A stretch of 63,788 nucleotides of DNA, the filler included, from Octopus bimaculoides (lineage: Eukaryota): assembly GCF_001194135.2 (NCBI RefSeq). It is 8 parts of 8 records of this genome, joined end to end, with 100 filler letters (N's around TTAATTAATTAA, not from the genome) between each part and the next. Parts side by side here need not be neighbours in the genome. Positions count along the whole stretch, not along the records: positions 1 to 19,896 come from NC_069007.1; 7 more parts are not named here. One strand, given 5' to 3'. Made by a program: the position numbers and the translations under genes. Positions 1 through 13,340 of the stretch are shown piece after piece. Position 1 is the first letter of the stretch. Each line of letters begins with the position of its first letter. The notes under the pieces were generated by a model. The model searched no databases. It was not told the DNA's origin and saw only the letters and a list, made by a program, of their open reading frames with translations.

Positions 1-1686
1 ATAGAGGGCTATACAATTTTTAAGACGTCACAAAACATAAAGACAGTACAAAACGCAAACATAAAATCGGGGTAATTAAAATAAAATGATAATATGCAAT
101 AATGAAAAAAATGAGGCGCAATGTCCACTCGATCCCCGAAGTCGGGTGGTTATATTTATCAAGTTTTTCACTTTTACGTTCAACGTCATGTAAACATTTT
201 AACGGTTTTGTAACTCAAAAAATTCAAACACTCGCGTTACCTTTCTCCCATTAACCATTGTTACAACTGCAAATAATCAGTTCTAGGGGGTGGTGTCTCC
301 ACCAACCATACCCGTTTCGTTATTATATTTTCACCAAGTTATTTTATGTACTCCCAGTAGTTTTCCTCGTGTATCAAAATGCATTTCTCTGGCATTTTCA
401 CTGTTATTATTTCCTCCAACCTCTCGACTTTTCTCTCCATCTGCTCGCAATTCTCGTACTTTATCAAAACCCCCTTGTATTTCACATCTTTATCCGTTCT
501 CTCCTCCTCTTCTTGTACATTATTAGTTTCTGGCTTTTCTATCTCTTTTTTGTTTTCTGTTGACCGTTCCTTTGACTTATTTTTCCTTCGCTTTTTCGGG
601 TTAGTAGCTCCATTTTCGTTCTTCTCCTTTGTTTTCTCTGTTTCACACTTCTGTCTCTCTTTTATTTCCTCGGTGTGGTCTATAATGTTTTCCTCCTCTG
701 CTTGTGCTTTCTCTTGCTGTGGCTGTGTGAACTCATATAGGGGGCATTTGGTCTTCATATGACCTCTTTCCCCGCATANNNNNNNNNNNNNNNNNNNNNN
801 NNNNNNNNNNNNNNNNNNNNNNNNNNNNNNNNNNNNNNNNNNNNNNNNNNNNNNNNNNNNNNNNNNNNNNNNNCCTTCCCTCGACTACAACATTTAACGT
901 TCTCTCATCCCCCACTTCTATCTGGTAGGGAATTCTTTCTATGTCCTCGAATGTGGCAAAAAGCCACATTTCGAGTCCAAATCCCCACCATTTGCGCACT
1001 TTTGATTTCGCCACTGGTCCCAATTCCGGCTCCTCATTGGTTGCAGCCAGCACTGTTGCAACCAACCACTCTGGTTTAATTTCTGGTGTAACTCTGGGAA
1101 TACGTATTTTCACACTTCTTCTTCCTCTATAACTTAGTAGCAATGCTATTTTTGCACTTCTTAAAATGTTGGTCGCATGCTTGGTTGCCTCTTCTATAGT
1201 GGCGAACCTCACCTCTACCGTACCAAACTTTCTTCCTCTGTTGATGTACGGGGTTTCATTCACAATTTCACCCTGGCACTCCTCGATTTCCTCTTCCGTC
1301 ACCATTTCAATTTTACAGGTTTCGACAACCTGTGTACGATACACAACTGTCCTCAGAATGTTTTCTTCTTTAGTCTTTTTGGCGGGGTTGCACAATTTGT
1401 ATGAGTCTCCCTCAACTTCTATCAAATTCCTGCTTCTGCTCACCTCTTCCATATCCAACTTGATTAACTTGGTTTCCAGCGGCACTGGCTTCCTCGCCGC
1501 AGTGGCCTTGGCGTAGCTCTCCATACTGGAGATACTACCACTTGCCATAGCTGGGGAAAAATTGCAGCGGCTCGCGTGAAACGTAACTGTAATAATTCCA
1601 CAAAAAATCACAATTATTTACAGAGACAACTTACAGTAATTCACACAGTTTTCACAACAGTATTCACAATAATTCACAGAGCCGTT
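1..1686 (-). mobile_element. L1/Tx1-type non-LTR element with ORF1 only (ORF1 about 1548 to 339, frame broken by N gap) followed by 3' UTR
   Basis: ORF1 has an RRM-like GRKFGTVEVRF region, PEWLVA..VEGR and zinc-knuckle end CGERGHMKTKC, homologous to ORF1 at 58084-59392. No endonuclease/RT ORF follows in 338..1; that segment resembles the 3' UTR at 16600-16751. Confidence 0.75.
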
Positions 1687-2149
1687 ATACCGGGAAGCAG
1701 TTCGCCCGGCGTGCTAACGTTTCTTCCAGCTCACCGCCTTGTGGCATTTATTTCCGTCGTAACCGTAGTTGCTATTTTAAGGGCTTCTTTTTTCTTTTCT
1801 TGTTTCAGTTATTGTTGAAGATGTTGTAGTACATTATTGTTGTTGTTGTCGCTTCTGTGAGATTTGTTCCCGTTGTAACTGTACTTGTTATTGTTGATGT
1901 TGTTGTTGTTGTGACTGTTCGAATTCCAACGAGAAACTTCTTTGAATTGGCTAAAACGACTTGCGTGCCAGAGTTGGCCGTAAACAGCAATGGAGGTACA
2001 TTGAGAATTGTACTAATTTGCGGAACTCAAGTTGTTGTTGATTAAGAACGTAATTAATCTAAGTATAGAACATCATCTAATTTGGCATATTAATGCTGTT
2101 AATGAGCTCGCTATTGATTAAGCATGCGACAGGCAGAGGTTTCTAGCTA

Positions 2150-2601
2150 TAAAGTGTGTGTGTGCGTGTGAGCATGTGTGTGTGTGTGTGTGTGTGCGTG
2201 GTTTGTGCGTGAGTGACAGAGTCTATGTGTGTGTATGTGTATTAGTGCGTGTTAGTGAGTGACAATGTGTGTGCGCGTGTACGTGCCTGTGTGTGTGTGT
2301 GTGTGTATACGTTTGTGTGCTTGTGTAGATGTGTCTATATGAGCGCATGTTTGTGAATGTATATCTGTATGTTTAAGTACATGAGCGTGTGTGACTGAGT
2401 GACAGTGTGTGTGTGTGTGTGTGTGTGAGTGTGTGCTAGGGAGTGACAATGTGTGTGCGCGTGTACGTGCCTGTGTGTGTATATGTGTGTGCTTGTGTGG
2501 ATATGTGTTTATGTGTGAGCGCATGTGTTTGTGTGAAGGTATATCTGTATGTACATGAGCGTGTGTGACTGAGTGACAGTGTGTGTATGTGCGTGTGTGT
2601 A

Positions 2602-2634
<33 letters not shown>

Positions 2635-2640
2635 ACCTGC
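2150..2640. repeat. GT-rich compound microsatellite with about 175-183 bp internal duplication
   Basis: gagtgacaatgtgtgtgcgcgtgtacgtgcc at 2258 and 2441. Confidence 0.8.
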
Positions 2641-3090
2641 CTGTCTCACAATTCAACACGCTATTTCAAGGGACAGGCATCCTATTCCCAAGTACAAAAG
2701 CGTCCATTCACGTCTCTAGATCGGCTGTGGATGTTGTCGATATTGTTGTTGTTGTTGTTGCTACTTTTCTTCTTCTTCTTCTTCTTCTTGTGGTTATTTA
2801 GAACAACACCAACTCTAACCATGCAGCCGTATGCGCCATCGCATCGTATTTGTTTATGTTTCACCTTTTATTTCTTTCAGCCATTAGACTGCGGCCATGC
2901 TGGGGCAACAGCTACAAGAATTTTTAGTCGAAAGCTTCGACCCCAGTATTTTTTTTAAAACCTGGTACTTATTCTATCGGTCTCTTTGCCAAACCGCTAA
3001 GTTATGAGGACGTAAAAAACCGACACCGTTTGCCAAGCTGTGGTGGGGAGCGAACACAAGCACAAACACACATACATACACACATATATC

Positions 3091-3579
3091 GCTCTCCCCA
3101 AAAATTTCGGGCCCTGCGCCTAGAACAGAAAAGAATATTTGTGCGGCGAGCTGGCAGAATCGTTAGCACGCCGGGTGAAACGCTTAACAGTATTTCATCT
3201 GTCTTTACGTTCTGAGTTCAAATTCCGCCGAGGTCGACTTTGCCTTTCATCCTTTCGGGGTCGATAAATTAGCTACCAGTCACGTACTGGAGTCGACCAA
3301 ATCGAGTAGCCCCCTCCCCCAATATTTCGGGCCTTGTGCCTAGATCAGAAACGAATATTTCTGCGGCGAGCTGGCAGAAACGTTAGCACGCCGGGCGAAA
3401 TGCTTAACCATATTTCGTCCGTCTTTACGTTCTGAGTTCAAATTCCGCCAAGGTCGACTTTTCCTTTCATCCTTTCGGGGTCGATAAATTAAGTACCGGC
3501 TGCGTATTGGAATTGATCTATTCGAGTGGCTTCGTCTCCAAAAATTTCGGGCCTTATGCCTTGAGTAGAAAAGAATATT
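3091..3579 (+). mobile_element. SINE family A (ggcggcgagctggcagaa head), head-to-tail array of about 2.2 units, period 220 bp
   Basis: Copies start at 3143 and 3363 with B-box-like gttcaaattcc, conserved gcctttcatcctttcggggtcgataaa and tail gtagaaaagaat. Confidence 0.9.
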
Positions 3580-5229
3580 CGTATGTTTGTAAGGAGGGTG
3601 GGGCATGAGTGAATTTTATTTACACTTAGTCACAGTCAACCTTGTACACGTACATATTAATGTACTTGAGGTGGGGCAAGAGTTGACGGTTTTTGAGGAA
3701 GGTAGGGTATTATATATGATAATTGGAACCCTTGTTTTGAAGACGAACGAAATCCATTTGGCTTCAGATTAAATTCAAAATTAATTAATTNNNNNNNNNN
3801 NNNNNNNNNNNNNNNNNNNNNNNNNNNNNNNNNNNNNNNNNNNNNNNNNNNNNNNNNNNNNNNNNNNNNNNNNNNNNNNNNNNNNNNNNNNNNNNNNNNN
3901 NNNNNNNNNNNNNNNNNNNNNNNNNNNNNNNNNNNNNNNNNNNNNNNNNNNNNNNNNNNNNNNNNNNNNNNNNNNNNNNNNNNNNNNNNNNNNNNNNNNN
4001 NNNNNNNNNNNNNNNNNNNNNNNNNNNNNNNNNNNNNNNNNNNNNNNNNNNNNNNNNNNNNNNNNNNNNNNNNNNNNNNNNNNNNNNNNNNNNNNNNNNN
4101 NNNNNNNNNNNNNNNNNNNNNNNNNNNNNNNNNNNNNNNNNNNNNNNNNNNNNNNNNNNNNNNNNNNNNNNNNNNNNNNNNNNNNNNNNNNNNNNNNNNN
4201 NNNNNNNNNNNNNNNNNNNNNNNNNNNNNNNNNNNNNNNNNNNNNNNNNNNNNNNNNNNNNNNNNNNNNNNNNNNNNNNNNNNNNNNNNNNNNNNNNNNN
4301 NNNNNNNNNNNNNNNNNNNNNNNNNNNNNNNNNNNNNNNNNNNNNTGGTTTTGATAAAAAAGACATTAAGTGTACCTCTAAAATTATGAACGCCACCCGG
4401 CTTAACAACACGATCGCTATTTATCTCGATAACAGCGCCGACCTCTCTATGAACAAGTTATCTGACGTCACTTCTCTCTTTTTTTCTTCTATAAAACCAG
4501 TAATACATTATTTGAGGGAGATGTGACTCTTATTTCCAGCAAATTCAGTGACAACGAGCGAATAAACGCCTCTTTGTTGCAGACATTTGGTTAAATAACC
4601 TTCATAGTAATATGGCGTACAGCCAGAAATACACAGCATAGACCACCTGACAGTCAGGGATCGGAAGAAGTGTTTCAGTATAGCAGAAGAGGATGCATCC
4701 GGGGTTAGTTAGGAGATATATTTAACTAGCAAAGAGAAGAACGTGTCGAATACAAATATTTTCCATTGTTGTTACCTGAATGTTGTTTGGCCGACAGGAA
4801 TAAGATACGAAGGTCTGACATTAACATTAGGCATCATAAATAAAGACGAAATTCACAAATATTCATAAATATTCATACAATGATAACACTCAGTGTCCAT
4901 GCATCCATATTATGTGTGTGTGTGTGTGTGTGTGCGTGTGTTTATGTATGTATGTATGTATGTATGTATGTATGTATGTATGATTGTATGTGTGTATGTA
5001 TATATGTATGGACATGGTATTAAAAACAAGAATACTGAATTATATAGCCTGAAAAACTTGTTTATTACAGTATTACATAAAACACGTTCATTTTAAATCT
5101 CTGTCCGACACGTGTTTCTAACCAATAGATATTCTATGATGTCCTACGCACATACATATATATTTATATATATACATATATATATATGCATATACGTTTA
5201 CACATATGTATACATATACATATGCACAA

Positions 5230-5263
<34 letters not shown>

Positions 5264-6305
5264 GTGCGTGTGTGTGTGTATGTACGTATATAATATATGT
5301 GTATTTACATTTATTTATATACGCATATATATATATATATATATATATATACTTAAATACAAACTACATATGTATATATATNNNNNNNNNNNNNNNNNNN
5401 NNNNNNNNNNNNNNNNNNNNNNNNNNNNNNNNNNNNNNNNNNNNNNNNNNNNNNNNNNNNNNNNNNNNNNNNNNNNNNNNNNNNNNNNNNNNNNNNNNNN
5501 NNNNNNNNNNNNNNNNNNNNNNNNNNNNNNNNNNNNNNNNNNNNNNNNNNNNNNNNNNNNNNNNNNNNNNNNNNNNNNNNNNNNNNNNNNNNNNNNNNNN
5601 NNNNNNNNNNNNNNNNNNNNNNNNNNNNNNNNNNNNNNNNNNNNNNNNNNNNNNNNNNNNNNNNNNNNNNNNNNNNNNNNNNNNNNNNNNNACACACACA
5701 CACACATATATATATATATGTATATACATACAAATATATATCTTTACATACATATGAAACCTATGTGTGTATGCTGTGTGTGAGCATGCGCGTTGTTGCT
5801 GAACGGTCAGTAGAGTTTTCATTTCATATCGCTTTATATTATATTTCCCATTGATTCGTAGCTTATCTGGACTATTATTTGATTTAAAAGCACAGTGTTT
5901 AAAAACGCTTGTCGATCCATTTGCCATTATAGCCTGCTTATCTAATATACAGCGTGATACTTACATGGCTACCGTTTCGCTACAATGAGATATGCCTTTT
6001 AAATAACACCGCTGTCACAGCAGTGACTTTAGAATATAAGTGTTTATAATGGTTCGGAATTTTTATGTCTATCATTAACAATTCTAGAATTTCGATATTG
6101 GATTGCCATCATGAATCCTTCTTACGTTTTACTGACTCCTACCATCCAACCTTCCACCACCCTTTTACTCTAAACCCGCTTTGTTTTGTGCTTTGTTTGT
6201 GGAGCAGTTGTAGTAATGGACTTTGTGTGCATGTATGTATATATGGAATATTTATAAATCTATGTGTGAGAGTTTGGATGCGTGTGAGCTTCTGTTGTGT
6301 GTGTG

Positions 6306-6342
<37 letters not shown>

Positions 6343-6563
6343 GTTTGCATGTATGCATATATTTATTTCCTTTTCTCTTGATGTATATATATATACTTAA
6401 ATATATGTGTATATATATATATACACTGAGAGATATATATTCATAGATACATCCATATAATATCTAGATAATGTGTTAGTGTATGTTCGCCTAATTGCAT
6501 AAAAAGTATACATGCTTGCATTTATCAATATACGCACATACCGTTATACACACNNNNNNNNNN

Positions 6564-6595
<32 letters not shown>

Positions 6596-6980
6596 GTACG
6601 CATATGCATATATGTGTATGTATAAGCATACACACGTGCGTGAGTGCGTCTGTGTGCTGTTATGAACACATATTATAACACATTAAAAACTGCCGCCATA
6701 TTAAACGCGGTCCTATCAACGATGGGGAGGAAACGATTGCTGATAACAGTACAACTGTGCGGTGTAATGTAAATATACATTAATGAGACACACAGTTGTA
6801 GAGTTGATGTGTGAATGTATGGAAAGATGGTTTTCTACTGACCAAATGGACGGAGTGTTTTTTGGCGGATTCTGTTCATGCGTCGTAAATTTGTATCGCA
6901 TGAGAGGAGCTGAAGCTGCGGCTTTTATCTCGAAATTTTTGCTTGTGTTGTTGTCTGTTTGGGGAGGGCGCTCGTGTGTG

Positions 6981-7015
<35 letters not shown>

Positions 7016-7828
7016 NNNNNNNNNNNNNNNNNNNNNNNNNNNNNNNNNNNNNNNNNNNNNNNNNNNNNNNNNNNNNNNNNNNNNNNNNNNNNNNNNNNNN
7101 NNNNNNNNNNNNNNNNNNNNNNNNNNNNNNNNNNNNNNNNNNNNNNNNNNNNNNNNNNNNNNNNNNNNNNNNNNNNNNNNNNNNNNNNNNNNNNNNNNNN
7201 NNNNNNNNNNNNNNNNNNNNNNNNNNNNNNNNNNNNNNNNNNNNNNNNNNNNNNNNNNNNNNNNNNNNNNNNNNNNNNNNNNNNNNNNNNNNNNNNNNNN
7301 NNNNNNNNNNNNNNNNNNNNNNNNNNNNNNNNNNNNNNNNNNNNNNNNNNNNNNNNNNNNNNNNNNNNNNNNNNNNNNNNNNNNNNNNNNNNNNNNNNNN
7401 NNNNNNNNNNNNNNNNNNNNNNNNNNNNNNNNNNNNNNNNNNNNNNNNNNNNNNNNNNNNNNNNNNNNNNNNNNNNNNNNNNNNNNNNNNNNNNNNNNNN
7501 NNNNNNNNNNNNNNNNNNNNNNNNNNNNNNNNNNNNNNNNNNNNNNNNNNNNNNNNNNNNNNNNNNNNNNNNNNNNNNNNNNNNNNNNNNNNNNNNNNNN
7601 NNNNNNNNNNNNNNNNNNNNNNNNNNNNNNNNNNNNNNNNNNNNNNNNNNNNNNNNNNNNNNNNNNNNNNNNNNNNNNNNNNNNNNNNNNNNNNNNNNNN
7701 NNNNNNNNNNNNNNNNNNNNNNNNNNNNNNNNNNNNNNNNNNNNNNNNNNNNNNNNNNNNNNNNNNNNNNNNNNNNNNNNNNNNNNNNNNNNNNNNNNNN
7801 NNNNNNNNNNNNNNNNNNNNNNNNNNNN

Positions 7829-7876
<48 letters not shown>

Positions 7877-8589
7877 CGAGGAACTTATGTTAACTTCTCA
7901 CTTCGAATGAGGAACAACCCCCCCACCAAAAAAAAAGTATTTGTTGATGATCTTGTTGTTGTTGTTGTTGTTCCTAACGTTTGCGTAGTTGTTTTTCTCG
8001 TTGTTCTTGTTGTTGGTGCTGCTGCGTCTGTTGTAGTCGTTCTTGTCATCGCCGTCGTTGTAATCGTTGTTGCTGCTGCTGCTGTGGTTGCTCTTTATGC
8101 TTCAACTCACATCTAACTGAGCAGACATTTGATAACAAAAAGCTTTTCAGCCGTGGCCATCACGTCTGTTCAGAGGACATTTCTGGCGTTCCTTATCCAA
8201 TGATTCCTTCCTTTTTCATATTAGATAATGAATTACGATCTGACTGTTATGTCTAGCAGCTTCTGTGATAACATAACCTCCCCTCATCCTTCTCCCACTT
8301 CTCCTCTACTCCTCATCCTGATCCTTTCTGCCGCTTCTTCTTCTCCTCCTCCTCCACCGCTTTCCCTCATCCTTCGACTCCTTTACCCTTTCCTTCTATC
8401 CTACTGTACCTCCTACTTCTCATTCTCCACCTCTTCCTTCTTTTCTTCAACTTCATCTTCTTCCACTTCTTGTTCCTCTTTTTTGTTCCTCTTTTTCCCA
8501 CTTCTTCCTATTCTTCTTCTCTTCCTTCTCCTTTCCTTTATTTTCCTCCTCGTCATTCTTCTCTTTCCTCTCCTTCCTCTTCCGCATCT

Positions 8590-9115
8590 CCTTCTTAAAC
8601 GAACCAATGAACGAAGAAAGAAAGGAAGAAAAAGAAAAGAATGAAAGAGTGGAGACAAAAGAGAGAAAGAAAGATAGAAAACAAAAGGAAGAAACAAAGA
8701 AACAAAGAAAGAGTGAAAGCAAAAGAAAGAAAGAAACAAAGAAAGAAAGAACGAAAAGAAAGAAAGAACGAAAAGAAAGAAAGATAAGGTAAAAAGAAAA
8801 TAGAAAGAAAGAAACGAACGAACCAATGAACGAAGAAATGAAAGGTGAAAAGAAAAGAACGAGAGAAAGAAAGAGTGAAAGCAAAAGAAAGAAAATAAGA
8901 AAATAATAAAAAAGAAAGAAAGTGAGAAAGAGTGAAAAACAAAAGATAGAAAGCAAAAGAAACAAACAAACACAGAGTGGAAACAAAAGAGAGAAAGATA
9001 GAGAGCAAAAGAAAGAGAAAAGAAGGAGAGAAACAAAGAAAGATAGAAATGAGAGAAAGGAAAGATAGAAAGAAAAAAAGAGAAAGCCAAAGTAAGAGAG
9101 AACTAAGCAAAGAAG
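8590..9115. repeat. Purine-rich low-complexity tract with a duplicated unit of about 220 bp
   Basis: aaacgaaccaatgaacgaagaa recurs near 8597 and 8817; a pyrimidine tract precedes it at 8270-8590. Confidence 0.75.
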
Positions 9116-9192
9116 AAAAATTTCCAGAAGGCATTTGGGGGAGGGGAGGGGCGAAGGGATGCGAAGACCCGAATACTTGTAAGGTATTTACC

Positions 9193-9413
9193 ATAGAAAC
9201 AATATATTTCTAAATCTCTCAGAGAGATTTATGCAGTAGCAGCATGTCCTGTGCCCTTACGTTTTCGAAGTGGAGACAAGCACCTCCTCCCAGCAAAACC
9301 AGCATCTAGAGACTTTTATGGGACTGTCACATTAAGTTGACAACATACTGTCACTTTATCGTGCCGCTACTTCATAAATCCCTCTGAGAGATTTAGAAAT
9401 ATATTATTTCTAT
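9193..9413. mobile_element. MITE with about 47-bp TIRs (TAGAAA...TTTCTA); related pieces at about 9570-9670 and 28230-28387
   Basis: The left TIR tagaaacaatatatttctaaatctctcagagagatttatgcagtagc matches the reverse complement of the right end with 3 mismatches. Confidence 0.8.
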
Positions 9414-10732
9414 TTTCAAAAATCAGTGAATGTATTTCATTTGAAACATATATGTTTTCAATCAAAGGCGGATAGGCATCGACAGCTGGCAAACCATGCT
9501 ACTCAGGACTGATGGTGAGCAATGACTCTGAAACTAGTCTCTGGATGCTGGCTTTGAAAACGTAGAAAATGTGTCATGGCCAACAGGAAACGGTGTTTTC
9601 TAGGGGTTAAATAACAGTAGCATTCTTCCCTTCTATGGGACTGTCACATTAAGTTGATAACATGCTATCATTTTAAGTTATTTACCTTCTCTGAATGCCC
9701 GCAAGCGACATTCCCTGCATCTTAATAAACGATGATTCTATTATCCGAAGAGTCTGACTTACAAAGAATCTTCGTTAAAAACCTTATATTCATATTTGCA
9801 ATCTATTGCGTGACATAACACCAACATGATGAAGAATGGTAAATGGTAAATGAAGAATGGACACATTTTTCCAGAGCAGCATACAAGACATGAGATTCTT
9901 GCTGCTGTCTTTAAGCAGAATATTCCAAGTAGAATTCTCTGTTTTATGTGTGAGATTTATCTGTGACAAATATAATCGAATGTCTTCCCAAATGACCAAA
10001 TATATTCATCGCAACGCTCGTAACTGACCTGTGACGACCTACTAATTGAGCAATTAAGCGCCACTCTATAAATCTTTGACCCCATGAAGATTTCTCCATG
10101 GGCTTCTTACTAGCATTTTTCTACTACTACTACTACTTCTACACACACACACACACCAGCGCCTTCCCCGTCATTTCAGTAAAAGCATCGCCCGAGGCTA
10201 TAGTACAAGAGCGTTGCCCAAGATTTCACGCAGTGGAACTGGACCCAGAACCATGTCGTTGGCAAGCAAGCTTTTTACCTCACAGCCATACTTGCGCCTA
10301 AATGTAACAATCGACGAGGTTATTTCAAATTTAATTTCATTTTTGTTTCTCTAAAAATTCTCTCTCTTTATCTCTCTTTTTCTCTCTCTCTTTCTCTCTT
10401 CCTCTGCCTTCCTCCACCTTCGTTCTCTTTCTTTCTCTCTCTCTTCCTTCTCCTATGTTCTATCTTTCCTTTTCTTTCTCTCTTTTTTCTCTTTCTTTCT
10501 TTATCTATCTGTCTCTCTCTCTCTTTCTCTCCTTCTGTCTTTCTTTCTGTCTCTCTTTCTCTTTCTTTCTCTTCCTGTCNNNNNNNNNNCTTTCCTTGTT
10601 TCTCTCATCTCTTTCTTCCTCTCTCTCTCTCTCTCACATATCTCTGTCTCTCTCTCTCTCCCTTTTCCGTCTTTCTCCCACTCGTTCTCTTTCTCCCTGC
10701 ATTCCTTAATATAAATTTATTCTCCCCCACCC

Positions 10733-10821
<89 letters not shown>

Positions 10822-11573
10822 TAATTCAGTTTCTTTGTTTCTTTCCCATAACGCCTCCTTCTCTCTCTCTTTCGTTGTTTCTCTCTTTCTCTTTCTTAAT
10901 TTAACTCCTTCCTTTCTTCCTCTTATCTTTTATTCCATACCTATGTCTTCTTCTTCTTCTTGTGGTTTTTCTTTATATTTTTTTCAAAATTCCTACCAGA
11001 TTCCATTCCAAAGATTCTTTCATCTTTTAATGGACATGTTACTTCCATTAAATATCACAATAACATCTAATATAACACTTTCTTCATGTTGTTGTGGTTG
11101 TTGTTGCTGCTTTTGCTACTACTGCTGCTGTTGATGATGATGATGACGATGATGGTGGTGGCTGTGGTGGGAGTAGAGTGTAGTTAATGTTTCTCCGTTA
11201 TCATGACACCAACATAAACAAAACCACCAACCATCACCAGTAATATCAACAGCAATATTACCACCACTACTACCACCACCGCCACCACAACAACTAACAT
11301 TTCTACTACTACTACAACTACTACTACTACTAATAATAATAATAATAATGATATTAATAATAATAATANNNNNNNNNNNNNNNNNNNNNNNNNNNNNNNN
11401 NNNNNNNNNNNNNNNNNNNNNNNNNNNNNNNNNNNNNNNNNNNNNNNNNNNNNNNNNNNNNNNNNNNNNNNNNNNNNNNNNNNNNNNNNNNNNNNNNNNN
11501 NNNNNNNNNCAGTACGCAGCTGGTACTTATTTTATCGATCCCGGAAGGATAAAAGGCAAAATTAACTCCGGCG

Positions 11574-11625
<52 letters not shown>

Positions 11626-12609
11626 TTTAATAATAATAATAATAATAATAATAATAGTTTTTACTGTAGGCACAAGGAAGGGCTGAAATTTGGAGGAAGG
11701 GATTACATCGACCCCAGTGCATAACTGGTACTTACCTTATTGACCCTGAAAGGATGAAAGTAAATTTTGGTGATGTTGATGATGATAGTGTTTATTATTG
11801 TTGAAGCTTTGTTTTTCAGCTTTCAGTCTGTAAAGAGGGCGCTGATGCATGTTACGAGTGTAAATAAAGTGTATCGCATTCCACAGAATGGTTGTAAACA
11901 TGAAAATATATAAATTGTCCTTTTTTTTACCTTTTTGATTTTTTTTTTTTTTTACGATTGGGGTTGGGGTGGGGTTGTGATTATTGATTGAATTCGAAAT
12001 GGGAGACAAATATACTAAGTTAGAAAGGCGAGAAAGAAGGGACAACTTACGAGGAGAAAGACGTGGATTTGCTGACCCTAGAATATTGAGAAATATGCTG
12101 CAGGTCGTTTTTGAAACTATACTAGTTTGTGTACTTGCTGCTAAGTAATAAACTTTAAAGAGTCGTCATTAAGATCTCTAGATTCTTAAATTAGCAACGT
12201 TCTACGAGGAAAATAATCCATGAATTTCTTTTAGATTGTAAATAATATCATTTTTAATTTTAAGGAAATTTCTCTCTTCGTGATATATCTAATTACTAAG
12301 TTACAAGGTAAGTCATACTGAAGATGTCTAAGAAGAATGAAATAACGCTATACATGATTGCAACTGAACAGAAGCTGAAAGACCTTCATAATAGATGTAC
12401 GTGCAGGCGTGGCTCTGTGGATAGACGTAGGATTTGATCTGTGGTAAAATGTTTGCGTCCCAACCACATGGTTCCGTGTTCAGTCCCACTGCGTGACAAC
12501 TTTCGCGAGCGTCTTCTACTGCAGCCTTGGGCTGAGCCGACCAAAGCCATCTAAGAGGATATAGATGATGGAAACTGAAAGATGTATATATGTGTGGGTG
12601 TATATACAT

Positions 12610-12647
<38 letters not shown>

Positions 12648-13300
12648 ACGAAGGCGGCTATACGCAATATCAAACCAAAAAGAACAAATCCAATTGTCAC
12701 TAATTGTGACTGATGGTGCACGGTAGTGGCTGCATTGCTAGAAATAGGAGTTAAAAATACTTAGCGCTGCAAAAAAGCACATGTCTATGCACTGACAGTG
12801 AGCGAGATCACCACATATATATAGGGGGGAGCGATTTGTTCGACTAAAACCTTTAAAGCTGTACCCCAGCATGACCGCAATCCTATCAGCGAAACAAGTA
12901 GAAGGGTATATACATTTTAACGATACATTATGCTGAAAATATTTAAGAAGGAACGCTGCAACTAAACAGAAATTGTAAGACTTCCATCAGAGATAGAAAA
13001 AATAATTATGTATGTGAAATCTATGCATCTTCTTGTATTCCTTTATTTCAGATTAACATTTCTAATCCCACCTCATAACGTAAGCGGAGATAATCTCCCT
13101 TGTAGTAACGGCTTTTCGAAGAGGGATCACATGTCCTAGGTTTAAAGTATACACGCACACACAAACACCCACCCACACACAAACACATTAAAATACTGAT
13201 GCTTGAGATCTCATACGCAAGTATGTTTTATATCATAACAATATAACCTTATATGATATATAGTAATGAAATATATAATATTGTATAAGGTATACATGTA

Positions 13301-13340
<40 letters not shown>

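Noticed and set aside
4463-4470. CRE palindrome TGACGTCA in a locally CpG-richer stretch
   Set aside because: A single 8-mer with no linked first exon; about one is expected by chance.
4893-7910. Long ORFs rich in Y/I/H/T/C/V or X in the ORF track (also 17799-18374, 35322-36359, 61075-61781 and others)
   Set aside because: They are translations of dinucleotide microsatellites and N gaps, with no coding signal.
8228-9213. F/L/S-rich and K/E/R-rich ORFs
   Set aside because: Purine/pyrimidine low-complexity tract that is open in several frames on both strands.
13052-13079. Plus-strand 28-bp micro-exon candidate (LTFLIPPHN) and a minus-strand 47-bp candidate at 12051-12097
   Set aside because: The splice motifs are good, but there is no partner exon or recognisable product, and such sites are expected by chance in 64 kb.
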